This document shows, piece by piece, positions 21,529 through 22,928 of a stretch of DNA of 22,928 nucleotides. The notes beneath the pieces were generated by a model. It saw nothing but the letters and a program-made list of their open reading frames with translations. It had not been told where the DNA came from and searched no databases. The stretch lies in assembly GCA_010093995.1 (NCBI GenBank), contig ML992503.1, positions 1,665,234 through 1,688,161 of the forward strand. The letters are read 5' to 3'. Each line of letters begins with the position of its first letter. Within the stretch, counting starts at the first letter, position 1. The DNA comes from Elsinoe ampelina. Its lineage: Eukaryota. The position numbers and the translations under genes are program-made.

Positions 21529-22845
21529 TATATACTAGGCTTAGCTAAGCTAGAGTCTCTTTATTAGTCTATCCCTTATAACTTAGATAGCTAGAAACTA
21601 GCTTAGATCTCTAAGTATCTTTATTTTATATTTAGTATAGAGAGCTATAATAATAGTATTAGCTTTCTCCTTATACTTCTTAAGATATATAATAGTAATG
21701 TTATTTATAAAGAAGAAGATTATTATTTTAAGTATTATCTAGAGGTATAGAGCCTTAGAGGCTTAAGTAAATCTAATACCCTTTAGAGTAGTAGTAAATT
21801 TAGTATACTAGAGAGCTAGAGCTTACTTTAGGCTATATAGTGCCTTATTAAGCAATAGGATTGCCTCTAATAGAGTAATACTAGGATAGTCCTTTATAAG
21901 ATCCTCTACTACTAGCTTAAATCTAGTAGGGATAGTATAGTAAATAGTCTTATTAATAGGACTATTAATATAGGCATTAATAACATCTATCTAAATAGCC
22001 TCTATATCTTTATAAGTAAGTAATACTATAAGTATTCTAAAGATCTTAGCTACTAGAGTTACTATATAAGTCTTAGATTCTATTAATTAGAGATTATTAC
22101 TTATATAGACTCTTACTTTATACTTTATAACCTCTCCTTTATTATTAACTTTATAGGTAAATACCTATATTAAAGAGATAGGCTTACTAGTAGCTTAAGC
22201 TACTAGTATAATAGTCTATATATGTTTTAAGTATAAAGTAAGTAATTTAACCTTTATAGCCTCTTAAAATTACTTCTTATAAGAATAAGTCTTAAGTTCT
22301 TTAATATTAGCTAGTAGTAGTAGAAGATTATCTCTTAATTCTAGCTTAAGCTAAGTTAGTGTTATTAATAGATAAGTATTAAAGGCTTAGTAATATCTAG
22401 GAGCCTTATTAGTTTATATAAGAGTAGTAATATATACTTACCTTCTTAGTTTTCTTATTCTCCTTATTATAAAAATATATTTAGAAAGAAGATTAGCTAA
22501 CCTTATAGCAATTCTTTAAGAGAGTTACTTAGGCTAAGCTTTAACTACCCCTTTAGTCTAAACTTCTATCTTATCTCCTTTAGCTTCATCTCCTCCTAGT
22601 AGTAAAGGAGATAGCTATACTACTATAGATAGTAGTAAGGCTAGAGTATTAAAAAACTATTTATTTAGTAAAGATTCCTAGATCTAAGCTAGGTTTAAAT
22701 CTAGAATAGCCTTATCTAATTAGTCTAATAGAGGTAGTAACTAATCTAGTATAACAGGGTAACTCTTATCTAGCTACTAAGATAGACTTAGCTCTTAATC
22801 TAGATTGTTCTAACTTAGAGTCTAAGATAGTATCTAGTTTAACTA

Positions 22846-22928
22846 CTAAACTAGATTCTAAACTAGATTCTAAACTAGACACTAAACTAGATACTAAACT
22901 AGATACTAAACTAGATTCTAAACTAGAT
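22846..22928. repeat. 12-bp tandem repeat CTAAACTAGA(TT/TA/CA), at least 7 copies, truncated by the window end
   Basis: Units start at 22846, 22858, 22870, 22882, 22894, 22906, 22918. Confidence 0.93.

Larger units (their letters stand above)
20539..22928 (-). mobile_element. RIP-inactivated Ty1/copia LTR retrotransposon (3' part: linker, RT, RNase H, PPT, 3' LTR); continues beyond the window
   Basis: Abrupt AT-rich, TpA/TAG-rich, CpA/TpG/CpG-poor sequence. Minus-strand translation with RIP reversed: *VFTYK...KYKVRV (WVFTYK..YKAR, ~22100-22167); *IDVINAYIN (QMDV.NA..N, ~21965-21993); LNKALYSLK*A (KALYGLKQA, ~21820-21850); FFFINN (FVDD, ~21700-21717); RNase H DASF (21241-21252), RKSF*GYLF, IN*KAIKQ..TIEAK, CNN (CDN), ANRLTK (ADGLTK, 20840-20857). 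Confidence 0.92.

Noticed and set aside
22846..22928. Telomere or CRISPR interpretation of the terminal repeat
   Set aside because: Unit is not TTAGGG-like, has no spacers, and lies within a eukaryotic retrotransposon.
20539..22928. Mitochondrial insertion, alternative genetic code or stop-codon recoding in the AT-rich block
   Set aside because: Stops fall at Gln/Trp positions alongside pervasive transition-type missense changes and TpA excess, fully explained by RIP.
1..22928. Secondary-metabolite cluster or prokaryote-type defence system
   Set aside because: No PKS/NRPS, tailoring enzyme or transporter is present; genes are intron-containing fungal housekeeping or regulatory genes.

Overview
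Filamentous ascomycete (Pezizomycotina, probably Dothideomycete-like; lineage is an inference) nuclear DNA with short spliceosomal introns (42-57 nt), so the ORF track misstates most gene models. Positions 1-20.5 kb are gene-dense, balanced-GC sequence with nine genes: a Cmr1/Amr1-like C2H2+Zn2Cys6 transcription factor, two adjacent orphan-like genes (the second resembling a stand-alone HeLo-like protein), SPB1, a YML020W-like alpha/beta-hydrolase, RPA3/Ssb3, a DUF1308 protein, SRP9/21 and cullin-4. From ~20,540 to the end, an AT-rich, RIP-devastated Ty1/copia LTR retrotransposon lies on the minus strand. Its RT, RNase H, PPT and probable 3' LTR are still readable after mental de-RIPping; it spans a 185-N gap and ends ~210 bp upstream of the cul4 ATG. 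I see no demonstrable new multi-gene system. The best leads are the two orphan genes sharing a terminal intron/exon signature (DLxG[VI]G), the diverged Cmr1-like factor with frame-compensating introns, and the copia LTR abutting cul4. All homology calls are from motif recognition, not database searches.
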